64,000 bases of DNA from an uncultured Nitrososphaeraceae archaeon. Its GTDB lineage: Archaea; Thermoproteota; Nitrososphaeria; Nitrososphaerales; Nitrososphaeraceae. Both the position numbers and the translations under genes were made by a program. The notes beneath the pieces are model-generated. The model worked only from the letters and a program-made list of their open reading frames with translations, searched no databases and had not been told where the DNA came from. The DNA lies in NCBI GenBank assembly GCA_963825865.1, contig CAWGVG010000026.1:96001-160000 (forward strand), written 5' to 3'. Each line of letters opens with the position of its first letter. Positions within the stretch are counted from its first letter, which is position 1. Positions 1-12,239 of this stretch are shown here, one piece after another.

Positions 1-564
1 GCAAGTTAGAAAGATGACATATGATTTGATTAGTTCATTAGTTGGAGGAGATCATATAGCCACAAAGATGGCACGATACCAACCTTGGGAATTGTTTCCA
101 GAATTAAGCCTTTTTTCTAATAATAGCTTCGAAGGCAAATTTGAAATTATAAAGAATTTTGACAAGACAACTCAATCCTATATTGGATAAATCAAACCTA
201 TATTTACAAAGATAGATAGATATTTTGTATTGCCATAGAGAAAAATAAAATCCTGCAAGCATACGCTTGGGCTTCCGCGACACTAATGGAAAAAGCCTCC
301 GATCTTTTCGCATAGCCACAAGTTATCGAGAAGGTCGACGTCCTTGCGGCCAAGATTCCTCGGCAGATGTTTGGCGATGGAAAACGATCTGAGGTTTCCA
401 GTATGGAATATTCAAGGGAAATTTAAAAAAAAAGATCAAGGATCCAAAAAACTACAATTATCAAAGCAATAACAAAAGTCACAAAATCTAAGATCGGTAT
501 AACATTTGTTTCATTCATTATTCATAACAAATGTTAAAATCCAACATAGGAAGAAGAAAAAGAA

Positions 565-759
565 ATGAGCTATCAAACAACCGCGGTCTTTACTATCAAA
601 GACAATGCAACACAAGTCATAAAAAAATATAAATTTCGTGTAAGTGGTGATACGTTAAAAGAAATAGTTCAACGAACGCAAGCTTTGAAAGACGAGATCC
701 ACGTTATACTCTACGAAGGAAAATTAGTTAGTATTGATTATGAGTTAGGAGGAGAATAG
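565..759 (+). CDS. small hypothetical protein
   Basis: 64-aa ORF with ATG and plausible composition; no recognised motif. Confidence 0.4.
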   Translation: MSYQTTAVFTIKDNATQVIKKYKFRVSGDTLKEIVQRTQALKDEIHVILYEGKLVSIDYELGGE

Positions 760-986
760 GACAAAAGAAAGAAAAGAATAAGTCAAAGAAAGGATCAAAA
801 ATATTTTCAGTTATAAGGAGAAGGAAAAAGATCCAAATAACAGCTGATCTTAATCTATATATTCATTTAGAAATATTAAAGTTGAAAATTGATGAACGAA
901 AATAATCTTAAACTCCTTGCTTTTATTATTGGTAATTTTTAATAACATGGCATCCGATTATACACCTAGCCTTACAACTATAGAGG

Positions 987-1967
987 CTAGACATCAGACT
1001 TTATAGGCTCCTTAGACATATAGCTTTTCTTTATACTGTTAACTGTTAGATAGGATGAAACGAGCAATACAGCTATGCTTATTATAATAAATAATACTTG
1101 AAACGGTGCAAGCGCTGCTCCTGCTGCTGAAGGTGCTGCTACTGCTGCTGCAGCTAAACTACTAGGTGCACCAGCAGCACTTATTATTGTGCCGGCTATT
1201 GTAAAAAAAAATGTACCAGCGCATGTCGGGCATGCAGTAAAAAGACCCGTTGCGGCTCCAATTCCGCTAAAACAACATGAAGTATTTTTTGTATTTTTTT
1301 TAGATCTCTTGTTTTGAAATACATACAACGCAAGTGTCATGTTCACGCTAACCAGAGTAGACAGCACTACTGTAAGAATTAGGTTTATCGGAATTACAAA
1401 CACAATTAGATTATCGGATATGTAAGCAGTAAATGTTGGAACAAGGCCAGGTAGATTGCAGCACGGGGTAATTATCCAAGATGGAATGGTTACTTGATAT
1501 ATATGAGAAAATGATACGTATGGTCTGAAAATTATAATTTGAGAAATAAAAGCAAAAAGCAGCGCATATGCAATTAATACAGAAATGAAGACTAGCCGAT
1601 ACCTTTTTGCTTGTGAAATGATATCTACAACAATCGGTAATAACATTCCACTATTATATCCTTTTTTAACATCAATGGCTGATTGAACTTTCATTTTCTC
1701 GGCTAAACATATTCGATACACACTATATCCTATTACAACCAAGGATCCAACCAAAAATAAAAGGACTGCTAATCCAAGGGTGGACATCGACTGAACAGTC
1801 TTCGAAGAGATGATACCAATATGTAATGGAGATGTGATATAACCATAAAGCGCAAAAACCACTATAATCGCAAATGTAGCAAAAAATGAAATTCTGATAC
1901 CTCGATTTCTGATATCAACGTAATAGTCTTTCTGCTGCATATTTATAATCCATCTCTCTAAAACCAT
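987..1967 (-). CDS. multi-pass membrane protein with Cys motifs (PCC, CC..CPTC)
   Basis: 326-aa ORF, several hydrophobic helices, GLFTACPTCAG motif. Confidence 0.7.
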   Translation of the reverse strand: MVLERWIINMQQKDYYVDIRNRGIRISFFATFAIIVVFALYGYITSPLHIGIISSKTVQSMSTLGLAVLLFLVGSLVVIGYSVYRICLAEKMKVQSAIDVKKGYNSGMLLPIVVDIISQAKRYRLVFISVLIAYALLFAFISQIIIFRPYVSFSHIYQVTIPSWIITPCCNLPGLVPTFTAYISDNLIVFVIPINLILTVVLSTLVSVNMTLALYVFQNKRSKKNTKNTSCCFSGIGAATGLFTACPTCAGTFFFTIAGTIISAAGAPSSLAAAAVAAPSAAGAALAPFQVLFIIISIAVLLVSSYLTVNSIKKSYMSKEPIKSDV

Positions 1968-2311
1968 ACTCCAAATATATTGTTTCTATATATACCCTCT
2001 GCCATTTGATATTTTACATTGAATAATAAAGAATATGCTATACCAGAGGAGAAATTACAACCAAAAAAGAAGAGAATTATAAAAACGCTCATCTATAGGT
2101 TCAAAAATAGCGAAAATGACATCATCCTGCTTCTTACATAACTGCTACCTGTCCAGCAATGTATGTTGCTAATGCGGTTCATTCAGGTAATCGATAAATT
2201 TTCAAAGAATAGAAAAACAATAATAATAAAAATCAAATTGTGACATATAGTTCTAACCATTTAGCTGAATCTTGAATCTTTCAAAATTCCTTCTAGGACT
2301 GAAAAATAAGA

Positions 2312-2533
2312 CTATGTGTTACTATTATATAATTCATATATTGCGACATTTATTTTTTTAAGTAATTTCTTTTTCGCTTTGTTAGCTTTTTCATTAGTCC
2401 TATAATCCTTTACTTCTAACAAAGTTTGTAAGTGTTCTAACTCTGGTCTTGTCAAAACATTCAGGCCTTTTTTTGATGTAAGTTCGAGTAGCCTTCTTCT
2501 TTCTGTGTCATCATCATTCTTTGAATTTTGCAT
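2312..2533 (-). CDS. small hypothetical protein
   Basis: 73-aa ORF, charged helical composition. Confidence 0.55.
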   Translation of the reverse strand: MQNSKNDDDTERRRLLELTSKKGLNVLTRPELEHLQTLLEVKDYRTNEKANKAKKKLLKKINVAIYELYNSNT

Positions 2534-2602
2534 AGCTTAGACAATAGATCTATCTTGATAAAGTATTTGTAATAGTCTGTTCTCTTCTTCCACTTTCGAT
2601 AA

Positions 2603-2734
2603 TCATAACATGATCCATGATGCCATTTTGATATAACGACATGTCTTTAGTTTTCCGTGCTGTTCAATTTCAGTTTCCAATGAGTCGGTAATAGAAAAAC
2701 CACATTTGGAACACTCATGTAATAATTTGATCAT
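2603..2734 (-). CDS. putative zinc-finger micro-protein
   Basis: Manual translation MIKLLHECSKCGFSITDSLETEIEQHGKLKTC...; CxxC plus His; below ORF-track cut-off. Confidence 0.45.
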   Translation of the reverse strand: MIKLLHECSKCGFSITDSLETEIEQHGKLKTCRYIKMASWIML

Positions 2735-3455
2735 AACATGTTATTAGATGAAGTATAACTGTTCACTATTAATATACCCTTAATAGGATATTAATACCAG
2801 CATATACAATATCCAAAAATATGGATAACAAGAGGAAGAAAATGTTCGGATGATCTCCACTATATATGCTCCTCTCTGTAGCTTCTGCATAAATAAAAAC
2901 GGTATTGTAAGATATGGTGATGAAGACGCTAGATTATTTCTCAGTCAACTATATCCATATCGATGTTCAGTTACTTGGATTATGGTTTTAATAGAAGGAA
3001 AACGTATCTCTTCTTAAATATAAAACAATGAAGTCTAACTTCAAAGTATTAATCATTTGTGAAGTCTTGGTAGTGTTGCCTTCTCCTTTTTTGACTCTGA
3101 AAAGCAAGCTATTTCCATATAAACACAATAATATTGGAGCAAATATCACAAAAAATAACAATAATGTATCCCTATCTACTACGGCAGTAACATCCTCACT
3201 ATCATGAGTGTGATCAAACTTTATGGAAACATGTTTACCAGTCAAGTAGGTTACAGGTACTAATAGCTGCATAGCTGTTTCAGGTATAATGTAAAGTAAC
3301 AGAGCTGAAGCAGATGGGGATACCCGTTTGCGATTAAAACTAAATCCACAATTTACTAAGCTGATAAATTCGGCTAATATAAAAGATCAAAATGGTGACT
3401 TAGTTCCATGCACTAATTTATGATTAAAGTAGAGTATGCTTGAATAAAAAAAAGC

Positions 3456-3893
3456 TTAAATTTTGACTTTGTTATCCAAGGCTACATTTTCAGGAATAGG
3501 GGATGATACTATGCTATATGAATTCCCGTCTAGGTCTTTGAATTTAGACATTATGCCTCCCCATTCCTGCTTTTCAGGTTGACTGATATCAACTCCCTGA
3601 TTCTTAAGTTCTTTGTATGTTGATTGCATATCGTCTGAATAAAACCATATGCCCGTTTCTGTTCCAATACCCTTCTTGGCAGCTTCTACTATTCCTTCAT
3701 TTGACATCATCTGGACATTTGGCAGCATAAGGCTAATCGTTGATTGAGAGTCTTTTGGCGCTACTTCAATCCATCTTATGCCGACAAATGATATATCTGT
3801 TTTAATCTCAAATCCAAGTTTTTGACTATAAAATTCCACAGCTTTTTGTTGGTCTGAGACTATTACTACTATTCCACCCATCGTGCCAATCAT
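3456..3893 (-). CDS. VOC/glyoxalase-bleomycin resistance family protein
   Basis: VSDQQKAVEFYSQKLGF ... WGG...FKDLDGN motifs. Confidence 0.9.
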   Translation of the reverse strand: MIGTMGGIVVIVSDQQKAVEFYSQKLGFEIKTDISFVGIRWIEVAPKDSQSTISLMLPNVQMMSNEGIVEAAKKGIGTETGIWFYSDDMQSTYKELKNQGVDISQPEKQEWGGIMSKFKDLDGNSYSIVSSPIPENVALDNKVKI

Positions 3894-4391
3894 TTTCTAA
3901 CCATTCTTTTAATCAACCAGTAGATTATAAGAAGGAATGCTATAGACCTTCATGAAGAAAGTATCCTCTTCCTGGTCGCTGTGATACTATGAACAGTTAT
4001 TCTGGGCGGCAAAATTGAGTCAATTTGTATCAATTCCCTCCGAATCTTTCGCATTTTTTGGCAGTGCTGTGCTCTGTTATGTGCGCGGTGATTGCTTTAA
4101 ACAGCAGTTGTTCCTGTGCTATCACTCATATTACTGCTATAATGGGCTGGAATACTAAAAGGCAATCCAAGTATTTGGTTATTCACTGTAAGGACGTTAA
4201 TAAAACTATAGTTGTTATTATCATCAGTGGATGTAAAAAGATAGTTCGCATATTGGTGATGGTTGCCGTCTTCGAAACCTTAATCAAAACGGCGAGGATG
4301 GCAAAAATTTATGATTCTACTCCATATATATACATGTAGAACTACTCTATTTTTATAGAGTAAATTATTATCTAATGCTGGTATTTAGTAG

Positions 4392-5667
4392 ATGACCTTA
4401 CAACAGCTATTTACTCCCATGCAATTCTTTCAGGATGCTAATTCATTATCTTCACCTGCATTGTCCTCTGATTTCATAGTTCAAGACTTTGCAGTAATTA
4501 TGATAGTCGCCGCAATAATGCTAGTTATTACCTACAAGTTAAAACAGCCGATGGCGGTTGGTTATATTTTAGCAGGTATGATCATAGGTCCTCACACGCC
4601 ACCGTTTAGCTTGATACGGAATGTCAATACAGTAAATGTTTTTGCAGAATTAGGAATAATCATGCTTTTGTTTGTCATTGGCACTGAATTCCCTATCGCT
4701 AAACTTAAATCTGTAGGTAGAATTTCAGTTGTTGTTGCTTTAGCGGAAACAATTGGAACTTTATTATTTTCATTCTTTGTAGCACAAGCATTAGGATTTT
4801 CATCCTTTGATTCTATGTTTCTTGCATTAGCGATGTCTATTACAAGCACAGTAGTAACTATTAGAGTTTTAGAAGAACTTGGTATGATAAAGGATGAGTC
4901 TACCATTTTGCTCTTGGGTATCTCTGTTGTAGAAGATATTATAGCCATTACGACACTTGGCGTGTTTCAATCGATTGCTATTAATGGAAGTGGTGGAATA
5001 TCTATTTTACATATTTCTATTTCAATAGGTATAGTAGCGGCATTTATAGGTAGCATACTAATCCTTGGTTCTAGGTTTATTCCAAATATTATTGACAAAA
5101 TCAGCAAAACAAATGATTACGCAATACTTTTGATTGTTATTCTTGGACTAGCATTTGGTTTATCCTTTGCAGCTAAAGGCCTTGGTCTATCAGCTGCTAC
5201 TGGAGCATTCCTGGCTGGAGTATTAGTAGCAGAGTCAAAAAATGCAGCAACAGCCCGTGTAATCACTATCCCGCTCAGGGATATGTTTGTCTGCTCTGTT
5301 CTTTATATCGATAGGCGCATTGATGGAAGTATCTCTTATTCCTTTGTTTATCGTCCCTGCGTTGGTGCTTATTTTAAGCTCGTTTGCTTCAAAGTTCTTG
5401 ATAATAACCCTCATCGTGATCAGATCATCAAAATACAACAGCGTAACGGCGTTAAGAACAGGATTTGGAATGGCATCGGCCAGAGGAGAGCTATCCTTAA
5501 TTGTAGCTAAAGGAGGTCAGGACGTAGGTGCTATCTCATCAGCGGTCTTCCCAATAATAGGCGTAGTAACTATTGTAACAATTTTTATGACTCCTTATAT
5601 ACTCAAGTTTGGAAGGCAACTTACAACTTCATTATCATCATTTGCATCAGAAGAAGAAAAGGAATAA
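4392..5667 (+). CDS. cation:proton antiporter (CPA2/KefB-like), frameshift near 5290
   Basis: GYILAGMIIGP, FAELGIIMLLFVIG, GAFLAG, RGELSLIVA motifs across two ORFs. Confidence 0.88.
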
Positions 5668-6246
5668 AAGGACAATGAAAACCCACGACAACTATGGTTC
5701 TGTTTTAACGCTGACATAGGGATTACTATATCATGTCATCCCCAAACACCGTACATCTATATTTATATACACTGGAGGAATGAGTGTTTACATTTATGCA
5801 TTGATCAAACTCATGTAAAACACTAAATTTAAAGGAAATAAAGGATAGTATTTGATTTGCAAATTTTTTTGAAAGACAGATGACTGTAACTCATTTGGTA
5901 ATAATGTGTTGAATAGCAAAAATGACAAGGTGGAAGGTATTTAATGAAAATATCATTGGCATATCAAGCTTAACAAGTAATAACAACAACAATAATAATA
6001 ATATTATTAATTTCTCTTCCTTTTCCTAAACTACCATCTCCTCGTCAGTTAAGCCTTATCCAATAAGCCCTCTGTTTAAATGACTGAATCTCTTCTTGCT
6101 TTATATCAACAAAATTATCACGTTAATTGGAATGAAGTTAAGAGATTGAGCTCCAATGTGAGATGATTAAGTTCCTTTTACTAACAGCACATACATACAC
6201 TAAGTTGAAATACCTGTGAATATACAATGAAGACATCCGTAATAGA

Positions 6247-6720
6247 ATGCTTCCAAGTATAATATCAAAGGTAGCTTCTGTGAAAATCAGTCGAAAGGAA
6301 GGAACAGTCAGAACACCAGGTAATGATGATGGCGATGACAGCGACGGCAATCAGCCTAGCGACCATGACCGTAGCTATGATGATAACAATAAAGAAGGAA
6401 TTCACAACAAATGTGAGAGTTTAGATGAGGGAACATTTGCATTTATGCATTGGATGAGCTCAGCGGACAAGAAATCCTTAACTTCTGACAATCCCATAGT
6501 TTTAGTGAAGTTTGTCAATGACAAACATACAATACTATATGATACAGATATACAATCTGAAATATATATAGAGATAGACAATGGTGTTCCTTACTGTAAG
6601 CATTGCAAAGCAGACGATTGCTCTCATGTGGGCTTTGCTATATGCGTTGAGCAATTTTATGGGAACAGACGTGGAAGTGGAAGAGAAGAAACAGTAGAAG
6701 ATATCATACTTGACAATTAA
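6247..6720 (+). CDS. hypothetical protein with C-terminal CxxC-x4-CxH zinc-binding motif
   Basis: YCKHCKADDCSHVGFA. Confidence 0.6.
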   Translation: MLPSIISKVASVKISRKEGTVRTPGNDDGDDSDGNQPSDHDRSYDDNNKEGIHNKCESLDEGTFAFMHWMSSADKKSLTSDNPIVLVKFVNDKHTILYDTDIQSEIYIEIDNGVPYCKHCKADDCSHVGFAICVEQFYGNRRGSGREETVEDIILDN

Positions 6721-7181
6721 TATGCCACGATGTTTCTGATATTTAGAAACGCAGCCAACAAGATTTCAAGGAGGTTTGGTCCTTGCATATAGGGGGTTAG
6801 CTACCATCAATAATTCCAATTTTTATATTGTTATTGTGTCTTAGGAATGCAAATTACCTTGTCATTTTTGAATATGTGGTTATATCGTTACTGAATCTCC
6901 ATAGACAGACCTATCAATCTATATGTCACTATTCGAGATTCATAGAAATTATAATTAAATAACAAATACTTATTTTAAAATTGAACTTATACTTGCTAGT
7001 GTTTGTCTCAAGCCTTTAGAATAAGAGTATTCCACAGAAATGAGTATGAAAGAGTCAAAAAACTTATTTCAGATATCAGTATTAATGAATTTAAGTTTAC
7101 TCGAGATTGATGTTAATAAATGAGTAAGATAGTTTTTAGCGAGATTCCCAATTTCTAGGTACCTGGATAGATAACGCTGTT

Positions 7182-7575
7182 TTGGACGTTCTGTTGAGAG
7201 TGGGGTGTCACGAGCTCGCTCAATTTACTAAAACTAAATTTAAAAGAACTGACAACTGGATTTTTAGAACCGCTACACCTTTACCAGATTTACAAGTTGG
7301 CGGAGATGCATTACTCAAAGAATTGGCAGCATCATTAAAAAATGAATTGGAGGAAAACGGATGATCCTTTTATGTGGTATTCCTTCTGAGACCCCCCACT
7401 AGCAATGGTTGCCAGAGAACTTGACAAATTGAGTATACCACACATAGTATTTAACCAGCGCGAATTTGCCAATTCGAGAATAGGTTTCGAAATGTCAAAT
7501 GATCTTATAAAAGGCAAGCTCCAATTAAAAGAGAGCATATCGCCTTGAAGATATTCGAGGTGTCCATATTAGATT
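7182..7575 (+). pseudogene. remnant of two coupled genes; second is N-terminus of a RimK-like ATP-grasp protein
   Basis: ...PLPDLQVGGDALLKELAASL* overlaps (ATGA, 7361) MILLCGIPSETPLAMVARELDKLSIPHIVFNQREF (frameshift in C-run); truncated. Confidence 0.5.
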
Positions 7576-7885
7576 AATGTTGCTTACCAAAGAATACCTT
7601 AACATCTGGCCTATAAAGATAATAAATAATTATTGCATTTATGATAACAGGCAATATAGATACTACATTACCAGTTACAATTGAAGCAAGACCTAAAGCA
7701 ATTCCAATAAATGATAATACTAAAGTTATAGTCCAAGCCCATCCTTTTCCTTTCCATAAACCATACGCCATGACCAAAAATGCAATACCCAATGGTATGA
7801 GTATTATACTAACAAGAAATCCTATACCACTAATTATTGTGAGCAACGCTATTATAGTTACTCCTAAAGGTCTAGATTTTTGCAT
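7574..7885 (-). CDS. small membrane protein (RPLGVTIIA family)
   Basis: RPLGVTIIA...GLWKGKGWAW...YYLYRPDVKVFF. Confidence 0.8.
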   Translation of the reverse strand: MQKSRPLGVTIIALLTIISGIGFLVSIILIPLGIAFLVMAYGLWKGKGWAWTITLVLSFIGIALGLASIVTGNVVSILPVIINAIIIYYLYRPDVKVFFGKQH

Positions 7886-8223
7886 ACTGTTTTATTATCA
7901 ATGAACGATACTTATTAATTTTATAAAAAAAGAATCAGATATTTTGTTATATCTCATCTTTGTTCTTTCCCATCTCTTTCATAAACGACTTAATTGGTTC
8001 CCACAATCCCTTCTCCGCTGGATCAGGGTCATTATTACCATTTCGTTTTCACATATAGGAAAACAAAATATTTCTGTAGAGGAAAACTAATCACCTCATC
8101 CCTCCACGAATTTCTTTTGTATTTGTCCTAGCCATCTAATATCACCATCGTTTGATTGATTGCTTGTAATAAACCTCAAAATCTAAGCCTGCGATATACT
8201 GTGGGAACTACTTTTACTAAATA

Positions 8224-9281
8224 GACCTATTGCGTAATTACGAAAGAAAGAAAATCTCTTTATGATACTTAACTTTGGCTTGCTTGCTTTCTAAAGTAAC
8301 ATCATTCCATTGGTTCGCATTATCCTGAAATTTACTAGTCCTGAAACAATGTCAGAAGCATGATCATATCTTACAAGCTTATTTCTAAATTTAGTACCCA
8401 TTATTCCGAACTTTTTAATTCTGCTCACAGTATGCTCGACTATTACCCTTAGCTTGGAATGCTTTCTATTGTGTTTCTTTTCTTCATCTGAGAGTTCACT
8501 TTTCCTTTTCTTTCTAACTGGAAGCACAGACTTTACAGTGGGAAAGTCATTCTGAACTCCCATGTACCCAATCAAATACATTCTCAACTTGCGGTGGAGT
8601 TGTTGTAGGATGTTTATTTTTGAAAATCTCATAATCATGTATTCTTCCCCGATCATGACCTGTTTTGTGCAGTATGGTACCTCATTGTTTACCATATATT
8701 GTGTCTTTACAGTATGTTTCTTCTTTTTGCCAGAGTAATAGCTCTTTCTCCTTCTCTTGTTCTTTGGTCTTGGGATCTCTTGTTCGGAAGAGTCAATAAA
8801 TGCTTTGAAACCGGGAAAGTACTCTTCTACTTCATCTATAGTTCTAAGTCTTCTTGTACAGTTTATACAACTTCTTTGGCAATGGGATACACAGTTTGAC
8901 AAGTGGTTCAAGCATAGATATATCTCTGCAGATATTACTCTGGTCAAGATCGAACAGAAATCCTGAAAGTGTATACGTTATGTACAGCCTATAATACACT
9001 AAAAGTATCAAGAACCTTTCTTTAACTTTTAGTTTGAATGGTCTACCCGCACCTACTTTCCTTTCTCTTTTCCTATTGGAAAGACGCTTTCTTTCATGCT
9101 CATCATATTTTGATTCTATATCTTTGGCAATAACATCAAATTCTGATATTTCAAGTCCAGTAAATGATCTAAATAACAAAGACCTCTTAGATAGTCTAGC
9201 ATAAGACATCAAGACAGCATCACCGAATGAATGCTGTACAACGTAAAATATAGCTGTAAGCCTTCAATTACGCAACAGGTC
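8224..9281 (-). mobile_element. IS5-family (ISL2/IS702-like) insertion sequence
   Basis: TIRs GACCTATTGCGTAATT (8224-8239) / AATTACGCAACAGGTC (9266-9281), 1 mismatch, flanked by TA on both sides; encloses transposase. Confidence 0.9.
8291..9212 (-). CDS. IS5-family transposase (HTH + DDE), frameshifted
   Basis: FRSFTGL..., IDSSEQEIPRP, YSGKKKKHTVK, RVIVEHTVSRIKKF. Confidence 0.88.
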
Positions 9282-9472
9282 TAATGTAATTAAATATTCC
9301 ATTTCTATATGTCGACTTGCCTAATTCTCATACATAATGAAGAAAATGACCACAATGAATAAGACAGTTTCTTCATATGGCACCAAAGTGAGATGAGTCA
9401 TGATATCAATTCATTTATTTATTTGCTAACCTTCATAACAATGTATAAGACTATTTGATGATTTGTAGCATC

Positions 9473-10373
9473 ATGCAAAACAATAATAATCTGCAGGATA
9501 ATCGACTTGTGGAAAAATTTTGTGAACTATATTCAGCGTCAGAATCAAAAACACCATCATCCTCCAATCATCAAGGAAACAGAAAGATCACTTACTCATT
9601 TGTTACGCTGTTGCAGGATATCCAGATATCAAAACCACAAAAGAAATTATATCGACTATGATACAGGCAGGTGCTGACATTATTGAAATAGGAATTCCAT
9701 TTTCTGATCCCATTGCAGATGGTCCTATAATTCAAGAGACTTCTTTTATTTCCTTAACTAATGGAATAACACCGGACAAGAGTTTAGAAATTGCTAAAGA
9801 CATTAGAAAGGAATTTCCAAAAACCCCTATAGTTTTGATGACATATTCAAATATTCTCATTAAAGCAGGATTAAGTAAATTTATAAAAAATGCAAAACAA
9901 TGCGGAGTCGATGGTTTCATACTTCCTGATATGTCAATTGAAGAATCTGATAAATATGTTAAAGAAGCATCACAATTAAACCTTGCAACAATATTTCTAG
10001 TATCACCTAACACAAATGAAGAAAGATTGCGCTCTATTGCTTCTAAATCCAGTGGATTTCTTTATTTAATTTCAACATATGGAACAACAGGTATTCGTAA
10101 TTCATTTGAATCTCTCTTGTGCAGAGCTATATTAAAAACAGCAAGAGAGTTGTAGGTTCTTCACTTCCCATTGCAGTGGGATTTGGTATTAGTAAGCCAG
10201 AACATGCTAAATTCATGATTAAAGCTGGTGCAGATGCAATAATAGTGGCCAGTGCAATAATAAATATGATGAAGATTTATGCATCTGATAGAAAGAATGC
10301 AAAAAAGAAGAAAGAAATGCTCAAGGATATAAGCAATTTTGTATCAATCATGAAAAACGCGTGTAGAACATAA
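9473..10373 (+). CDS. trpA: tryptophan synthase alpha subunit (two frameshifts)
   Basis: GADIIEIGIPFSDPIADGPIIQ, GFLYLISTYGTTG, PIAVGFGISKPEH. Confidence 0.93.
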
Positions 10374-11021
10374 CCATATAAAACGTTTGAACATAAAACA
10401 TAACCTATAAACTCTTACTGTTCATGCAAAACAACAAAGGGATAACAAAGGGATAATACGAGCTGATAACGATTCTTTTTAAAGCCTATTTTTCTAAATT
10501 TACTTTAATGTTCAAAATATGTAAGGATATGTTAGAAGGATAAATGATAGCAGAGGGCCTTAAGAGGTATCACGAAGATGACTTGAAAAATTGCAATATC
10601 TTAGTTTGATATATTTATATCCATCTCAAGTAGGGGCTTGCTTTCATGATATAATCAACTGCCAATCCATCCTTTCTCGGGTCCTTGAAGACAGGTGAGC
10701 GCCAGGACTATAAAGAGTAAATACAGAAATACCAAAAGTCAAAAGTGTTTACTGATTGGGTATTCCTTATGGATTCAAAAGAGACTTACAGTTTATTAGT
10801 CCTCTGCTGCAATTCTTAATCGATAACTTTCATGATATTAACAAAGTCTAGATATCTATCACACTGTGTTAAGGCAAGTGGGTGGGCACTTCCTTCTTCA
10901 CTAAATTGCCTGGTTCACTACAGCCTATTCTCATTGTGTTAACATTTGTAATTGGTTTTGAATCATTTTTGAGTTTTTAGTATATTACTTTGACACCATC
11001 TGCTATGTTATTTTCAGCGGT

Positions 11022-11407
11022 GTGAGCCAGTGTGATGCCATGTATCAAGTCGATTACAGAGATACAGGACTTCCACTTGAAACAATTCGTTCGGTAAGTA
11101 AGGTTTCTGACGGCATAGAAGTTACTGTAAGCGTGTCAGCACCACAGACAATGAGATATGATGGTTTAAACCTTGCTGATATAAAAGACCCTGCAAATAA
11201 TAAGTCAGTCTTTCAAGCAAGATACCAAGTATGGTGGAAAGAGCCTACAAAGGGATTTGAATCCTTAGGCGGAGTATTGTGTCCTCGGGTACTGCTTCTT
11301 GTTTTCGGGGCTCTGGTCGTTTGGATGTTTTTGTTAAGGCTATAGCGGGTGACATTAATAGCAAGTGGTTCCAAAATGGGTGGTCAAACTGGCTGGCTGA
11401 CTCCTAA
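11022..11407 (+). pseudogene. fragment containing a PLL/fucose-lectin-type beta-propeller repeat
   Basis: With frameshift near 11280: FESLGGVL-SSGTASCFRGSGRLDVFVKAIAGDINSKWFQNGWSNW. Confidence 0.55.
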
Positions 11408-11645
11408 TTCCACAGAATCTGTTTTGATACTAATTTCGGTAAGTAAGCAAAAATAATAAGAGGAAACGGTATTCAAAGAGTTATTTTTTTGAATGCATCA
11501 CAAATTAGGTCGTATTTGTATATTTGTATGTGTTTTTTTATGATACATTCACCACAGTCTTTAACTTCTTGGTTATTACATTATTCAACAACCAGCTATC
11601 ATCTTTGTCTTTCCATCAAACCATTAACATATCCTGTTTCAAGCA

Positions 11646-11945
11646 TCAATAGCGCGTACAGAACATTTGCAATATGTGTCTGTACCTATTCAATCCCACT
11701 ACAGGGTCATTTTCTACATTTGTTTGAGAGGTGTATGTTATCACTGTAGTATTCTTCCCCAATATTTTCAATTTAAGAATCTCTTTGATTTGTATTTGTG
11801 AATCATAAGTTTTTGTTGTATATTCCAACTCATTATTTACTTTTTTAGTTGTTAGACTCCTTGTAATTCCAACAAAGAACTCAGGAAAAATTTGTTCTAA
11901 ACGTGTATCTTTAAGAGCACGATAAATGACATTCAGCTGGAACAC
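11646..11945 (-). CDS. hypothetical protein or fragment
   Basis: 99-aa ORF, no motif recognised. Confidence 0.3.
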   Translation of the reverse strand: MFQLNVIYRALKDTRLEQIFPEFFVGITRSLTTKKVNNELEYTTKTYDSQIQIKEILKLKILGKNTTVITYTSQTNVENDPVVGLNRYRHILQMFCTRY

Positions 11946-12239
11946 GTAACGAGAGAGATTTGCTAATTGACGACATATTACACTATTTCTAATGTATACT
12001 CAACTATCCAATCATTTTATAGGTTGTTTTAGATGGCATGCGCTAATCTAGATAATAATCCTTGCCCGATTATATGACATAGTCTATATCATACAAAATT
12101 TATTTTTTCCCTTCTAGACAATGTAATGAATTTCATGCTTAATAACTAACATCTCTGTTCTATTTCTGTTGCATGCAGATGACTTTCCATTCGCGACAGA
12201 AGTCTAAATTGTGATTGGTCAATCAATCATAGTTTATAT

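Noticed and set aside
1-850. Purine-rich start of window with short frames, possible foreign DNA
   Set aside because: No recognisable protein family, repeat or terminus; insufficient evidence
4592-4948. Antisense ORFs within real genes (also 9732-10013, 20205-20582, 34703-35062, 49014-49475 and others)
   Set aside because: Shadow frames of well-supported genes on the opposite strand
10433-10456. Tandem repeat AACAAAGGGAT x2
   Set aside because: Only two units with no spacers; not CRISPR, and no CRISPR array or cas gene was seen in the window
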